Of a stretch of DNA of 54,422 nt, positions 43,644 to 51,556 are shown piece by piece. This DNA comes from a virus (Duplodnaviria; Caudoviricetes). The DNA lies in IMG/VR virus record IMGVR_UViG_3300021420_000044, positions 1 through 54,422 of that record. The stretch is one strand, 5' to 3'. The notes beneath the pieces were generated by a model. The model saw only the letters and a list, made by a program, of their open reading frames with translations. It was not told the DNA's origin and made no database searches. Both the position numbers and the translations under genes were made by a program. Within the stretch, counting starts at the first letter, position 1; the number at the start of each line of letters is the position of its first letter.

Positions 43644-44030
43644 TCACGAGGGTCGCGGGGGGGGGGTGGTCACCGCATCTACTTGTGCCTGCCGTTGCAA
43701 GTGAATCTCTAGAATGCTCTCAGCTTCATGCACAGCCACGTCAGCAGCTTTAGCGGCAGCTATGTCAGCATCGGCTTTGGTCTGAACTGCCAACCGATGC
43801 AGAGCGACCGCCGCCGTACGCAGGGCCACAACATTCAGCTTTAATTGAGCGCCCATGCTGCTATTGGATAGCGTGTGAGTCGCTTCGCCAGTCTCCTTGA
43901 TGCTTTCTAACGTCTTGGTTCTGGCTTTTTGCGCGATTCGGTCAAGAATGCCATTAAAGGCCGTGACCACGGCCAACGATAAAAGCCCAACAGTGTTCCC
44001 CGAGAGTTCCATGCCAACAACCCTCACCAT
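43644..44030 (-). CDS. Membrane-anchored coiled-coil protein (lysis accessory)
   Basis: N-terminal hydrophobic segment, then Ala-rich helix. Confidence 0.5.
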   Translation of the reverse strand: MVRVVGMELSGNTVGLLSLAVVTAFNGILDRIAQKARTKTLESIKETGEATHTLSNSSMGAQLKLNVVALRTAAVALHRLAVQTKADADIAAAKAADVAVHEAESILEIHLQRQAQVDAVTTPPPRPS

Positions 44031-44060
44031 ATAGATTTGCCCACGCTACCCATCCCTTTG

Positions 44061-44231
44061 TCACTCCACGAGAAACGACAGCGTGAAGCAGAAGAGGCCC
44101 CAAGCTATCATGCGTCCGCGCCACGGCCATTCAGCAGGAGCAGGCGACCACGGACCACCGAGGCCAGCGAGCAGAAACAATAAACACGCCAGAATCAACA
44201 GAATCAGCTTGAACGGTGCTTTCATGTGCAT
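44061..44231 (-). CDS. 56 aa two-TM membrane protein
   Basis: Manual translation MHMKAPFKLILLILACLLFLLAG...WGLFCFTLSFLVE; RBS aggaggagg. Confidence 0.65.
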   Translation of the reverse strand: MHMKAPFKLILLILACLLFLLAGLGGPWSPAPAEWPWRGRMIAWGLFCFTLSFLVE

Positions 44232-44240
44232 ATCCTCCTC

Positions 44241-44549
44241 CTACGATTTTAAGCTACTCTTTGATGCCACAATCGGGACTGGCGGTGGCAGCGGCGGTAC
44301 GCCTACATCATGGCCTGCGCTGGCCTCTACTTCCGCAACGGTGCTATGCACTTGGCGGTCTTTCGCGTTGATTCCAAGCATCAATCCGCCGAGACTGATT
44401 GATAGCGTCAGCGCGAACATCACCCATTTGCCAAGCGTAATGTTGGTTGCCAGAGCCGCCGCAATTATGAGCGGAGGAACAGCAGCTAATATTCCCCCTA
44501 TGGAAGTTCTGTAGCTAGGCCCAAACCACTTGGTTAGAAGTTCGCCCAT
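44241..44549 (-). CDS. Holin-like two-TM protein
   Basis: Start refined to MGELL after aggagg; SYRTSIGG...two TMs...LGINAKD. Confidence 0.6.
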   Translation of the reverse strand: MGELLTKWFGPSYRTSIGGILAAVPPLIIAAALATNITLGKWVMFALTLSISLGGLMLGINAKDRQVHSTVAEVEASAGHDVGVPPLPPPVPIVASKSSLKS

Positions 44550-44557
44550 ATTGCCTC

Positions 44558-47500
44558 CTACTGCAAAGCCGCAACGTATAAATCCGCTCTCGCATGTCCT
44601 GCCGAATCGCTTCCCTCGCTCCCCAGATGGGTGCTCACCCAGGCAAACATGTCTCCCCGAGGCGAGACAATTCCAATACTCTCCTGCGCTCCAAAGCCGA
44701 AGTCTCCACCATTGGTGCAGTGCGCGTGTGAAGCGTCTCCACAACTGAACGTGTGCGCGATTCGGGCCACTTTATTTGTGGCTGGCACTCCGTTTGTAAA
44801 CCACACCATAATCTCGTTGTTGTACGGATTCGGGTTGTACACGCCGCCATTTGCCACCGTGGTTAGGTCGGAGGCGCATATCCAAGGCAGGGTATCGTCC
44901 ATCGTTCCGTTGTTGTTGTGCGGCCATGAACAGTGCTGGTCTTGGATGGCGAGAGCGTTCATGTACTTGGTAAACGAATTTAAGTTCGATAGCGGCCTGA
45001 TGGATGGCCCACCTAGAGGAGCGTTACCGGAAGCCGGAGTAAGCAGTTTGGCAATGCCTACCGATTCGTGCGCTCCGCATTGCAGACTGCCAGCGTTGTT
45101 ATTCGAGCACCACTTCGAGGTGCCCGCGTTCATGTTCACGAAGGCTGGCCCCGATGAGGCTATGCCAGCGCATCCCCCTATCGTCCAGACTCCTGCTTTG
45201 GCAATGTCAATGTAGGGATTCGAGGAATCGGCTCCTGCGAGAACGTCATGGATTCCGGCTCCATGTGCGCCGTCAGAGCCGTAACATTCCGTCGCGTCTG
45301 ATGGGAAAGTTCCCGCAGCGGGAGTGGAAGGACCGCAGCCTGAAGGGCAGTAAGCCCAATATTGTCCGGTGTGCGCATTGACGGTACGGCATCCACGAGT
45401 CCGGCTCCACTGAAATACCCAATCAGCGTCCCCCTGGGCGGTTGGCCCTAGTCCAATGGTGAAAGTGTCATCATCATCGGTGACGTTCAAGACGGAATGC
45501 CATGTCGCAGAGAATGGAACAGCATTCCAGCCAGGGCAAACGCCGGCTCCCATTAAATCGACTAGTTGCGACTCGGTGAACGCGGTATCGCTGGTCAGAT
45601 GCCCCTTCCAGATTTGGCTACCGGACTTGAAGCGGTAGAAATCCGTATCTGCCAGCCACGAAGTGTGAAAAGCTCCACCAGGCACCACATTCAAAGGCAA
45701 GCCCGTGTTGACGACTTGCGCCTTGCCGCCAGATAGGGCTATGTGCGCTAAATTCAGTGAGCCGCCAGCGATTGAGTACCAGAGGTACGTTCCGTTGGGA
45801 TAACTCCACTGATGGTCGTTGTCGCCGCCTGAAAGCGTAAAGTTGCCTACGGACGCCCCTCCGGCGATGGTTGTTCCATCTGAGGCGCGGCAGATTTGCT
45901 CCGTTCCCGGCGTATGCCCTGGAATGGTCAAATCTTCTTTGCAGGAATTTAAGCAGTCTCCAATGCACTTGTCAGGGAATGCGTAGTTCGATGCGCTGGC
46001 CGTGTTGACGCTTCCTGTGATATGCAGTTGGGTTGCCGAGTCGCACGAGCCAATCGTGAAAAGGATGGCGATTATCAGAATCTTATCCCCGACTACACAG
46101 TTTCCGCCGTTAAACTGGTCGCCAGCAGCCCAATTCACCGTCTGTGGAAACACGGTGTTCACTTGCCCACTCGGAGGCCGCGAGATGAACAAGGGCGCAA
46201 GCGTGCCTATCATGGGTAACGTGCTGTAGGAAGCTCCCAGATACAGTGGAGGGCCAAAACTGGCTCCAGCCTGAGAGCCGATGGCGAATGAACCAGAAAC
46301 GCAGTTCGTGTCGCAGCCTATGGCAGAAAAAGGTAAGACAAACTCATACGCTCCGCGGTCCCATGTTCCGTCTGCGCCTCGCGTATTACCTAATGGGTCA
46401 ATATCGTTTGCAGCTAATGTTGCATGTGTATTGGTGCCGTCGCTTAAAACGTGTCCGCTCGTGATTTCGCCTGCCAATAAGTAACTGTGCAGTGCCTGAT
46501 TAACGAATGGATCGCTTACTGAAGTCCAGACATGATCGTGAGTGTTGGGAGAAGACGGCGCGTTGCTGCCTAGATTAAGAAAAGTGTTGTAATCTTCGGT
46601 AGTTACTGCGCTGCTATCCCAAGTGCCAGCCGCTGCGGTGGTGTTATAAGCCAAATTATTGTAGGCCAGCCCTGTGCTGGTTACGCACCCGACACATCTC
46701 CAGCCCCAATGATTCGTATGGCTGGTCGTTCCGTCGCCTATGATGGTATTGTTAAGTATGAGGATGTTCGAGCAGCTTTGACCGTTATTGCCGCATGAGA
46801 AATTGCCATCCTGAATGCCGGTTCTGACGTATGGATTTCCGGGAGATAGTCCGAATATGTTGCCGTAAATATAAACGTTGGAAGTCGTTTCCACTGCTCC
46901 GCCGCGATACAAGACCACGAGATCGCCAGTTCCTTCAGTGTCAAGAAACCAGTTGTTAGCGAACGTGATGTTGTTGCTTCCGTCGTCCGCCCAACTCTCC
47001 GCGTGGAATCCATTAACATCGGTCGTCTCACGTTCAAAAGCGGTTCCACTTATGGTCGCCGTGTCCCACTGCGCGCTTATGATTCCGTTGGTAAAGTCGT
47101 GAACATAGCTGTCCGTGATAAATATGTTCGTACAGCCGGAACCCGGACTGCCAATCGTTCCGATGCACCGAACAAAGGCATCATCCGCCGCCGAGGCCAC
47201 AACTCCATTCACGGTACCGCTGCTGGATACGCTGGCGTTGGGGGTGCAGGATACGGGGTAAGTAAAATGCCGCGGGTCGGCGTTCGTGGCAATTTGTACG
47301 GCGGCGATATTGAAATTTCCGGATGAGACAGAAGCGACAGCGATCCACTGGCCGTTATAGATGTAATTATGAGCGCGCGTGGTCGCTAGCACTACTGTTG
47401 CGGTCGCACCACCAGCATCACATGCAATCGAGGAAATATTTGCCGTGTTTAGAGCCGATGCCTCGTTGTCCAGTTCTGGTCCGTAGTATTCAACGTTCTT

Positions 47501-48025
47501 GAATGTGAAGTTGCTATGTCCAGCGGTGATGTCTACAGCGGCAGTCTGATTCGACGGGTAACGGTTGTCGAACATCATGTTATAACCTGAATCCTTGCTA
47601 GCGCGACCATTACCGTCAAACACCCAGTAACTGCTGGTAATGACAAACATATAACCAAAAGCGTTGAAGGTGCAGGCACCGCACTGCCACCGGACTTGGT
47701 TTGAGGGAGTCGCAGCTAGTGGGCTAGTCCAATTTGTCGCTGTGCAGTGATCGGTCCCGGTGGCGGCCCGGAAGGTAATAGTTAACGTTCCGCTGACCGC
47801 TTGTGACAATGCCCAACCTTGTGAACTGCTCGCGGTATGGGTATACAGCCCCCCCGCCATGTAATACACGTCGCCTCTCGTCAGCGTTCCGGCAAGCTGA
47901 GCAGGCCCCATTGGACTTGCCCAGTCAGCCGCCACAGCATTGGAGGCTGAACCTGTCGTTGTGACGACGTGACAGGTCGCAAATACCGATGACGTTAACA
48001 TTAGAACGCAAAAGACAAGCCTCAC
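44558..48025 (-). CDS. Signal-peptide-bearing beta-helix plus beta-propeller-like carbohydrate-active/adhesin protein (1155 aa)
   Basis: MRLVFCVLMLTSSVFA|; repeated N.TF.NN / I.NNT. rungs; DPLGNTRGADGTWDRGAYEF; Cys-rich C-terminal half. Confidence 0.7.
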   Translation of the reverse strand: MRLVFCVLMLTSSVFATCHVVTTTGSASNAVAADWASPMGPAQLAGTLTRGDVYYMAGGLYTHTASSSQGWALSQAVSGTLTITFRAATGTDHCTATNWTSPLAATPSNQVRWQCGACTFNAFGYMFVITSSYWVFDGNGRASKDSGYNMMFDNRYPSNQTAAVDITAGHSNFTFKNVEYYGPELDNEASALNTANISSIACDAGGATATVVLATTRAHNYIYNGQWIAVASVSSGNFNIAAVQIATNADPRHFTYPVSCTPNASVSSSGTVNGVVASAADDAFVRCIGTIGSPGSGCTNIFITDSYVHDFTNGIISAQWDTATISGTAFERETTDVNGFHAESWADDGSNNITFANNWFLDTEGTGDLVVLYRGGAVETTSNVYIYGNIFGLSPGNPYVRTGIQDGNFSCGNNGQSCSNILILNNTIIGDGTTSHTNHWGWRCVGCVTSTGLAYNNLAYNTTAAAGTWDSSAVTTEDYNTFLNLGSNAPSSPNTHDHVWTSVSDPFVNQALHSYLLAGEITSGHVLSDGTNTHATLAANDIDPLGNTRGADGTWDRGAYEFVLPFSAIGCDTNCVSGSFAIGSQAGASFGPPLYLGASYSTLPMIGTLAPLFISRPPSGQVNTVFPQTVNWAAGDQFNGGNCVVGDKILIIAILFTIGSCDSATQLHITGSVNTASASNYAFPDKCIGDCLNSCKEDLTIPGHTPGTEQICRASDGTTIAGGASVGNFTLSGGDNDHQWSYPNGTYLWYSIAGGSLNLAHIALSGGKAQVVNTGLPLNVVPGGAFHTSWLADTDFYRFKSGSQIWKGHLTSDTAFTESQLVDLMGAGVCPGWNAVPFSATWHSVLNVTDDDDTFTIGLGPTAQGDADWVFQWSRTRGCRTVNAHTGQYWAYCPSGCGPSTPAAGTFPSDATECYGSDGAHGAGIHDVLAGADSSNPYIDIAKAGVWTIGGCAGIASSGPAFVNMNAGTSKWCSNNNAGSLQCGAHESVGIAKLLTPASGNAPLGGPSIRPLSNLNSFTKYMNALAIQDQHCSWPHNNNGTMDDTLPWICASDLTTVANGGVYNPNPYNNEIMVWFTNGVPATNKVARIAHTFSCGDASHAHCTNGGDFGFGAQESIGIVSPRGDMFAWVSTHLGSEGSDSAGHARADLYVAALQ

Positions 48026-48026
48026 G

Positions 48027-49883
48027 TTAACTAGCTCCAGTGATTTTCACATCACAGCGAGGGATGATTGACCCCGTAGTAGCAGATTGAATTTCCTGTA
48101 TAGCGATCTTGTGGCCTGATGTTACAGCCACGGAAAGCCCGGTGACACTGCATGTTTGCGCCGTTCCAGTGATCGTGCAGGTTGCCGTGGTGGTAGTTGC
48201 ATCGTCGTAGTAGGCAGTAAACGCAATTGTTTGCCCACTTGCAGGCGGAGATATAGAAGCACAATACATTTCGCTAATCGTGCCAGTGAACGGGAGGAGT
48301 ATGTCGGCGGCGGCCACCGTGGCCGCCGCCGTAAAAGAAAAGTAATGGGTGGCAGCTTGAGCTGTGCTTACGGGTGACCATAGCGAAAGAAGAGCGGTCC
48401 CCGCGACTGGAGCGCTATACGCCCCCGTTCCATTCAGAAAATGAGTGGCTACATTATCAAGTTTTGGCGTGAATCCGTGAGCAGATGTAGAAACATTGCC
48501 AGTAGTATTATCAGCGAAAACGTGCATGGCTTCGGTTACTTGTGCAGCACCAATAGTCAATGCCAAAGAACCTGCGGAGTTGGTAACGTTTCCGGTATGG
48601 GCTGGTTCGCGCCCTGCTGCGAGAGTGCCTGTCGCGTCTGCTCCACTTAAATCCACCGCGCTGCTGGTCACGGCTTGCGTTGATCCGGCGAAATGAGCGA
48701 TACCCACACCTGGAGAAGTAGCTGTAACGATATTGCTGGGATTAAGAGCAAACTGCGTGAAAGTGACCGCATCAGTTCCTATCGTCGCTACCGACGACGT
48801 TTGTAGCCACTGCGTTTGCGCGTTTACCGTGCCGTTCACAACCGGGATTGCTCCCGTATTGTTCATGTCCGAAGGCTGGTCATAATCCAGAGCACGAGTC
48901 AGTATCCAAGCCACACCCACGCCAGATACCTGAGTAACGAGGTACACGCCGTTTTGGAACGTACTAGCCTGATTCTTGACCAAGATGCGGTCGTTCAATA
49001 CCGGAGTGTAGCCGTCCACTACCAATGACGTGTTTGTCGTCGCTGTTGTGAGTGTCGCGCCAATTCCTGCCACTCCATTGCTATAAGTAGGAGAATTTGG
49101 CAGTACAGCAGCAGAAGTAGCCTGCACAGCCACTGCTGGATTGACCGCTGCAATGGCATTGGTGACTGCTGTTGCCACGAACGCTGTGGAGGCTGCGTTG
49201 GTGCTACTATCTCCCGCTGATACTGTAGAGACTTTCGTAGCCGTGGCTCCAGTTAAATCCTGCGTCCCAGTCGTAATCGTATTGGAAGCATTAGTCACAA
49301 CACAGGTCGCGCAAGCAATTGTTCCTGTGCCTGTGATTGTGCCGCCAGTGATGGGAGCAGTGGTTGCTATCGAGGTGACTGTTCCAGAACCACCCGCCGC
49401 GTCCGTAGGTGACAGCATCTGCCAAACACCAGCAGCAGATTCAAATGTCATTAATGTCCACTTGTTAGCCAGCATATCGTTAGCTACCAAATTGGCCGAG
49501 CCGCCTTGCTTTTTGATTGTCCCTGCCGTCGCCCCATTGACGGCTAGCGTTGATGAACCAGTATTCGCCACATCAGACTCAAACAGTACGGTATCACCGT
49601 CTGCTGGCGTGAAACTTGGCGACGTAGTGCAGGTATAAGCTGTCCCAGAAGCAGAAGCGGCCTCGCAAATAAGCGGTAAGGCGACAGCATGGGCAGTGTA
49701 GGTAAAGCCAAGATTTCCAGTCGTTGTCACCGGAGAACCTGTAATCGTAAAGCCGGTTGGCGCTGTCAAACCTACGCTGGTTACGGTCCCAGACCCTCCT
49801 CCACCAACGGGAGGATTCGTAACCTGAGCAACAGCCAAAGAACAACAGAGTAGTAACCACGTTAGCGCTAGTTTATTCATCAT
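48027..49883 (-). CDS. Signal-peptide-bearing tail-fibre-like protein
   Basis: MMNKLALTWLLLCCSLAVA|Q; GTVTSV/GTVTSI modules, ASTAFV, DRILVKNQ....NGVY...LTRA.D phage fibre motifs. Confidence 0.75.
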   Translation of the reverse strand: MMNKLALTWLLLCCSLAVAQVTNPPVGGGGSGTVTSVGLTAPTGFTITGSPVTTTGNLGFTYTAHAVALPLICEAASASGTAYTCTTSPSFTPADGDTVLFESDVANTGSSTLAVNGATAGTIKKQGGSANLVANDMLANKWTLMTFESAAGVWQMLSPTDAAGGSGTVTSIATTAPITGGTITGTGTIACATCVVTNASNTITTGTQDLTGATATKVSTVSAGDSSTNAASTAFVATAVTNAIAAVNPAVAVQATSAAVLPNSPTYSNGVAGIGATLTTATTNTSLVVDGYTPVLNDRILVKNQASTFQNGVYLVTQVSGVGVAWILTRALDYDQPSDMNNTGAIPVVNGTVNAQTQWLQTSSVATIGTDAVTFTQFALNPSNIVTATSPGVGIAHFAGSTQAVTSSAVDLSGADATGTLAAGREPAHTGNVTNSAGSLALTIGAAQVTEAMHVFADNTTGNVSTSAHGFTPKLDNVATHFLNGTGAYSAPVAGTALLSLWSPVSTAQAATHYFSFTAAATVAAADILLPFTGTISEMYCASISPPASGQTIAFTAYYDDATTTTATCTITGTAQTCSVTGLSVAVTSGHKIAIQEIQSATTGSIIPRCDVKITGAS

Positions 49884-50269
49884 TTGCACCCGTTAAACGC
49901 CGCTCCCGTAGCGGAAATCACCACAGACGTGCAGGTAAAGGACGTTGGCATGGTGCCAGCAGGGCCGACCGGGCCAACGTCGCCTCTCGGGCCAATCGGG
50001 CCAGCAGGTCCAACGCTCCCGCCAAGCGCAGTGTATGCCGCGCCATCAACGCTAACCTTGACCCCAGACGACGTAAAGCAGACCGCAACGATTCCCACGG
50101 CCGGCGTCTGGCACGGACTACCCGTAGTCGTGCTCATGCCTATTGAGGTGCCGTTAGGGATTGTGCCCTGCGCTGCCACGCGGTCAGGCATGAACAGGCC
50201 CAACGCTACCCCTACGACCAGCGAGCCTCCGAGCACCACTCCTACGCCCATTGTCCTCACAAGTCGCAT
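49880..50269 (-). CDS. Small exported protein with collagen-like G-X-Y repeat
   Basis: Hydrophobic N-terminus ...VAA|Q; GPAGPIGPRGDVGPVGPAG. Confidence 0.7.
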   Translation of the reverse strand: MRLVRTMGVGVVLGGSLVVGVALGLFMPDRVAAQGTIPNGTSIGMSTTTGSPCQTPAVGIVAVCFTSSGVKVSVDGAAYTALGGSVGPAGPIGPRGDVGPVGPAGTMPTSFTCTSVVISATGAAFNGCK

Positions 50270-50277
50270 GGTCCCTC

Positions 50278-51555
50278 CTATTGCGTTTCAAGCAAAATCG
50301 GCTGTATCCCTACCGGAATCCCTGGACAGATCGGGGAGCAGGCTGGAGTCGGAGTCCTTGTTCCGTCCAATTTCCTGATGAACTTCCATTTAGCATCCTG
50401 CGCGTACAGTCCAGTCGTACACTTCCCTCCCGAGCACGTCTTGCTCGTATCCCACACAGCCTCAGACTGATATCCGCCAGCCTTCGTGAAATAGCAATCC
50501 CATACTGTGCCATTTTTACCACACACGTTGGTCGGAGTCGCCCCAACCAGCCATATTGGCATCTGCTTGTACGCCACGCCCGAAGGTAGTAGTTTCCCGC
50601 CTGCTACCAGCCCTCCCCAATCGCCCTGAGACGTGTACCAGAACGCCTTTTTCACTCCCAAGCTGGCCTGAATGAGATACGCTCTCGCTACCCAACTCGC
50701 CTGCAAATCAGGGTCGTTGAAGCAGGTAAAACCCGATTGCCCCCATGAGAATTCGGTGTCCCACAGAGGCTTGAGAGGTGGATAAGTAATCATCAGGGCC
50801 GTCAGATTCGCTACATGTACTCGTACGTCCTCTGGAATCGCTGAAACGCCGCATTTCTGAGGGTAAACGTTGGTATACCCATGATACGCAACGTAATCCA
50901 CTGAACCGAGTCCGCCTGCCGCCGCCAAACCTTGCCACCATTTCATCTGATAGCCGAATTGCGCTTGATTCTCCGGCGTCCCGCATAGCACCCCTGGAGC
51001 TAGCTTATGAACGATGTCGCAGGTGTCCTTCGTCATACGGGCTAACTGCGCTGGAGTGCCGTTCCAATGACCCAACCAGCCCGGCTCATTCCATGTACTG
51101 AAAGCGGATACGTGAGGACGGCCATTGATGCGGGACTCGCTCCGGTTGACTATCGCCGTAACGAAGTCTTTCCAGTGCTGGTCGGTGGTTGCAATGTCCG
51201 AAGGCGGGGAGCAGGCATACTGCGTTTTCCCCATCTTGCAATTCGGGTCAGCCCTGAGAGCGGCCCACTGCGGCGTCTCGCTCAACGTCATCAGAACGTC
51301 AGTCACGCCCAAGACTTTGGCATCCTCCAAGAGTTTGTCGAACGTGGTCCAGTTGTACGTTCCGTTAGCCGTGTTGGTGTCTTTCCACGGAGTACCCACG
51401 TCCCACTGACGTAGTGCTCCTGTAGGTGATGACATCAAAAGGTTGCTGGTCCCAATCCCATTCTGGTCAGCGGAGACGAAGCTAGGCGTAATCTGCCCAG
51501 AGGCCATGATAGATAAGCAGAAACTAACTGCCAAAAGTCGGAATAGATTTTGCAT
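50278..51555 (-). CDS. Secreted clan GH-A glycoside hydrolase (GH39/GH5-like)
   Basis: Signal ...MASG|Q; GTYNW..FD, WNEP (acid/base), YHGY, LWDTEF (nucleophile). Confidence 0.8.
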   Translation of the reverse strand: MQNLFRLLAVSFCLSIMASGQITPSFVSADQNGIGTSNLLMSSPTGALRQWDVGTPWKDTNTANGTYNWTTFDKLLEDAKVLGVTDVLMTLSETPQWAALRADPNCKMGKTQYACSPPSDIATTDQHWKDFVTAIVNRSESRINGRPHVSAFSTWNEPGWLGHWNGTPAQLARMTKDTCDIVHKLAPGVLCGTPENQAQFGYQMKWWQGLAAAGGLGSVDYVAYHGYTNVYPQKCGVSAIPEDVRVHVANLTALMITYPPLKPLWDTEFSWGQSGFTCFNDPDLQASWVARAYLIQASLGVKKAFWYTSQGDWGGLVAGGKLLPSGVAYKQMPIWLVGATPTNVCGKNGTVWDCYFTKAGGYQSEAVWDTSKTCSGGKCTTGLYAQDAKWKFIRKLDGTRTPTPACSPICPGIPVGIQPILLETQ

Positions 51556-51556
51556 G

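Noticed and set aside
43655-43670. Poly-G tract as a phase-variation site
   Set aside because: It lies in the last codons (PPP) of a small gene, so slippage would barely change the product.
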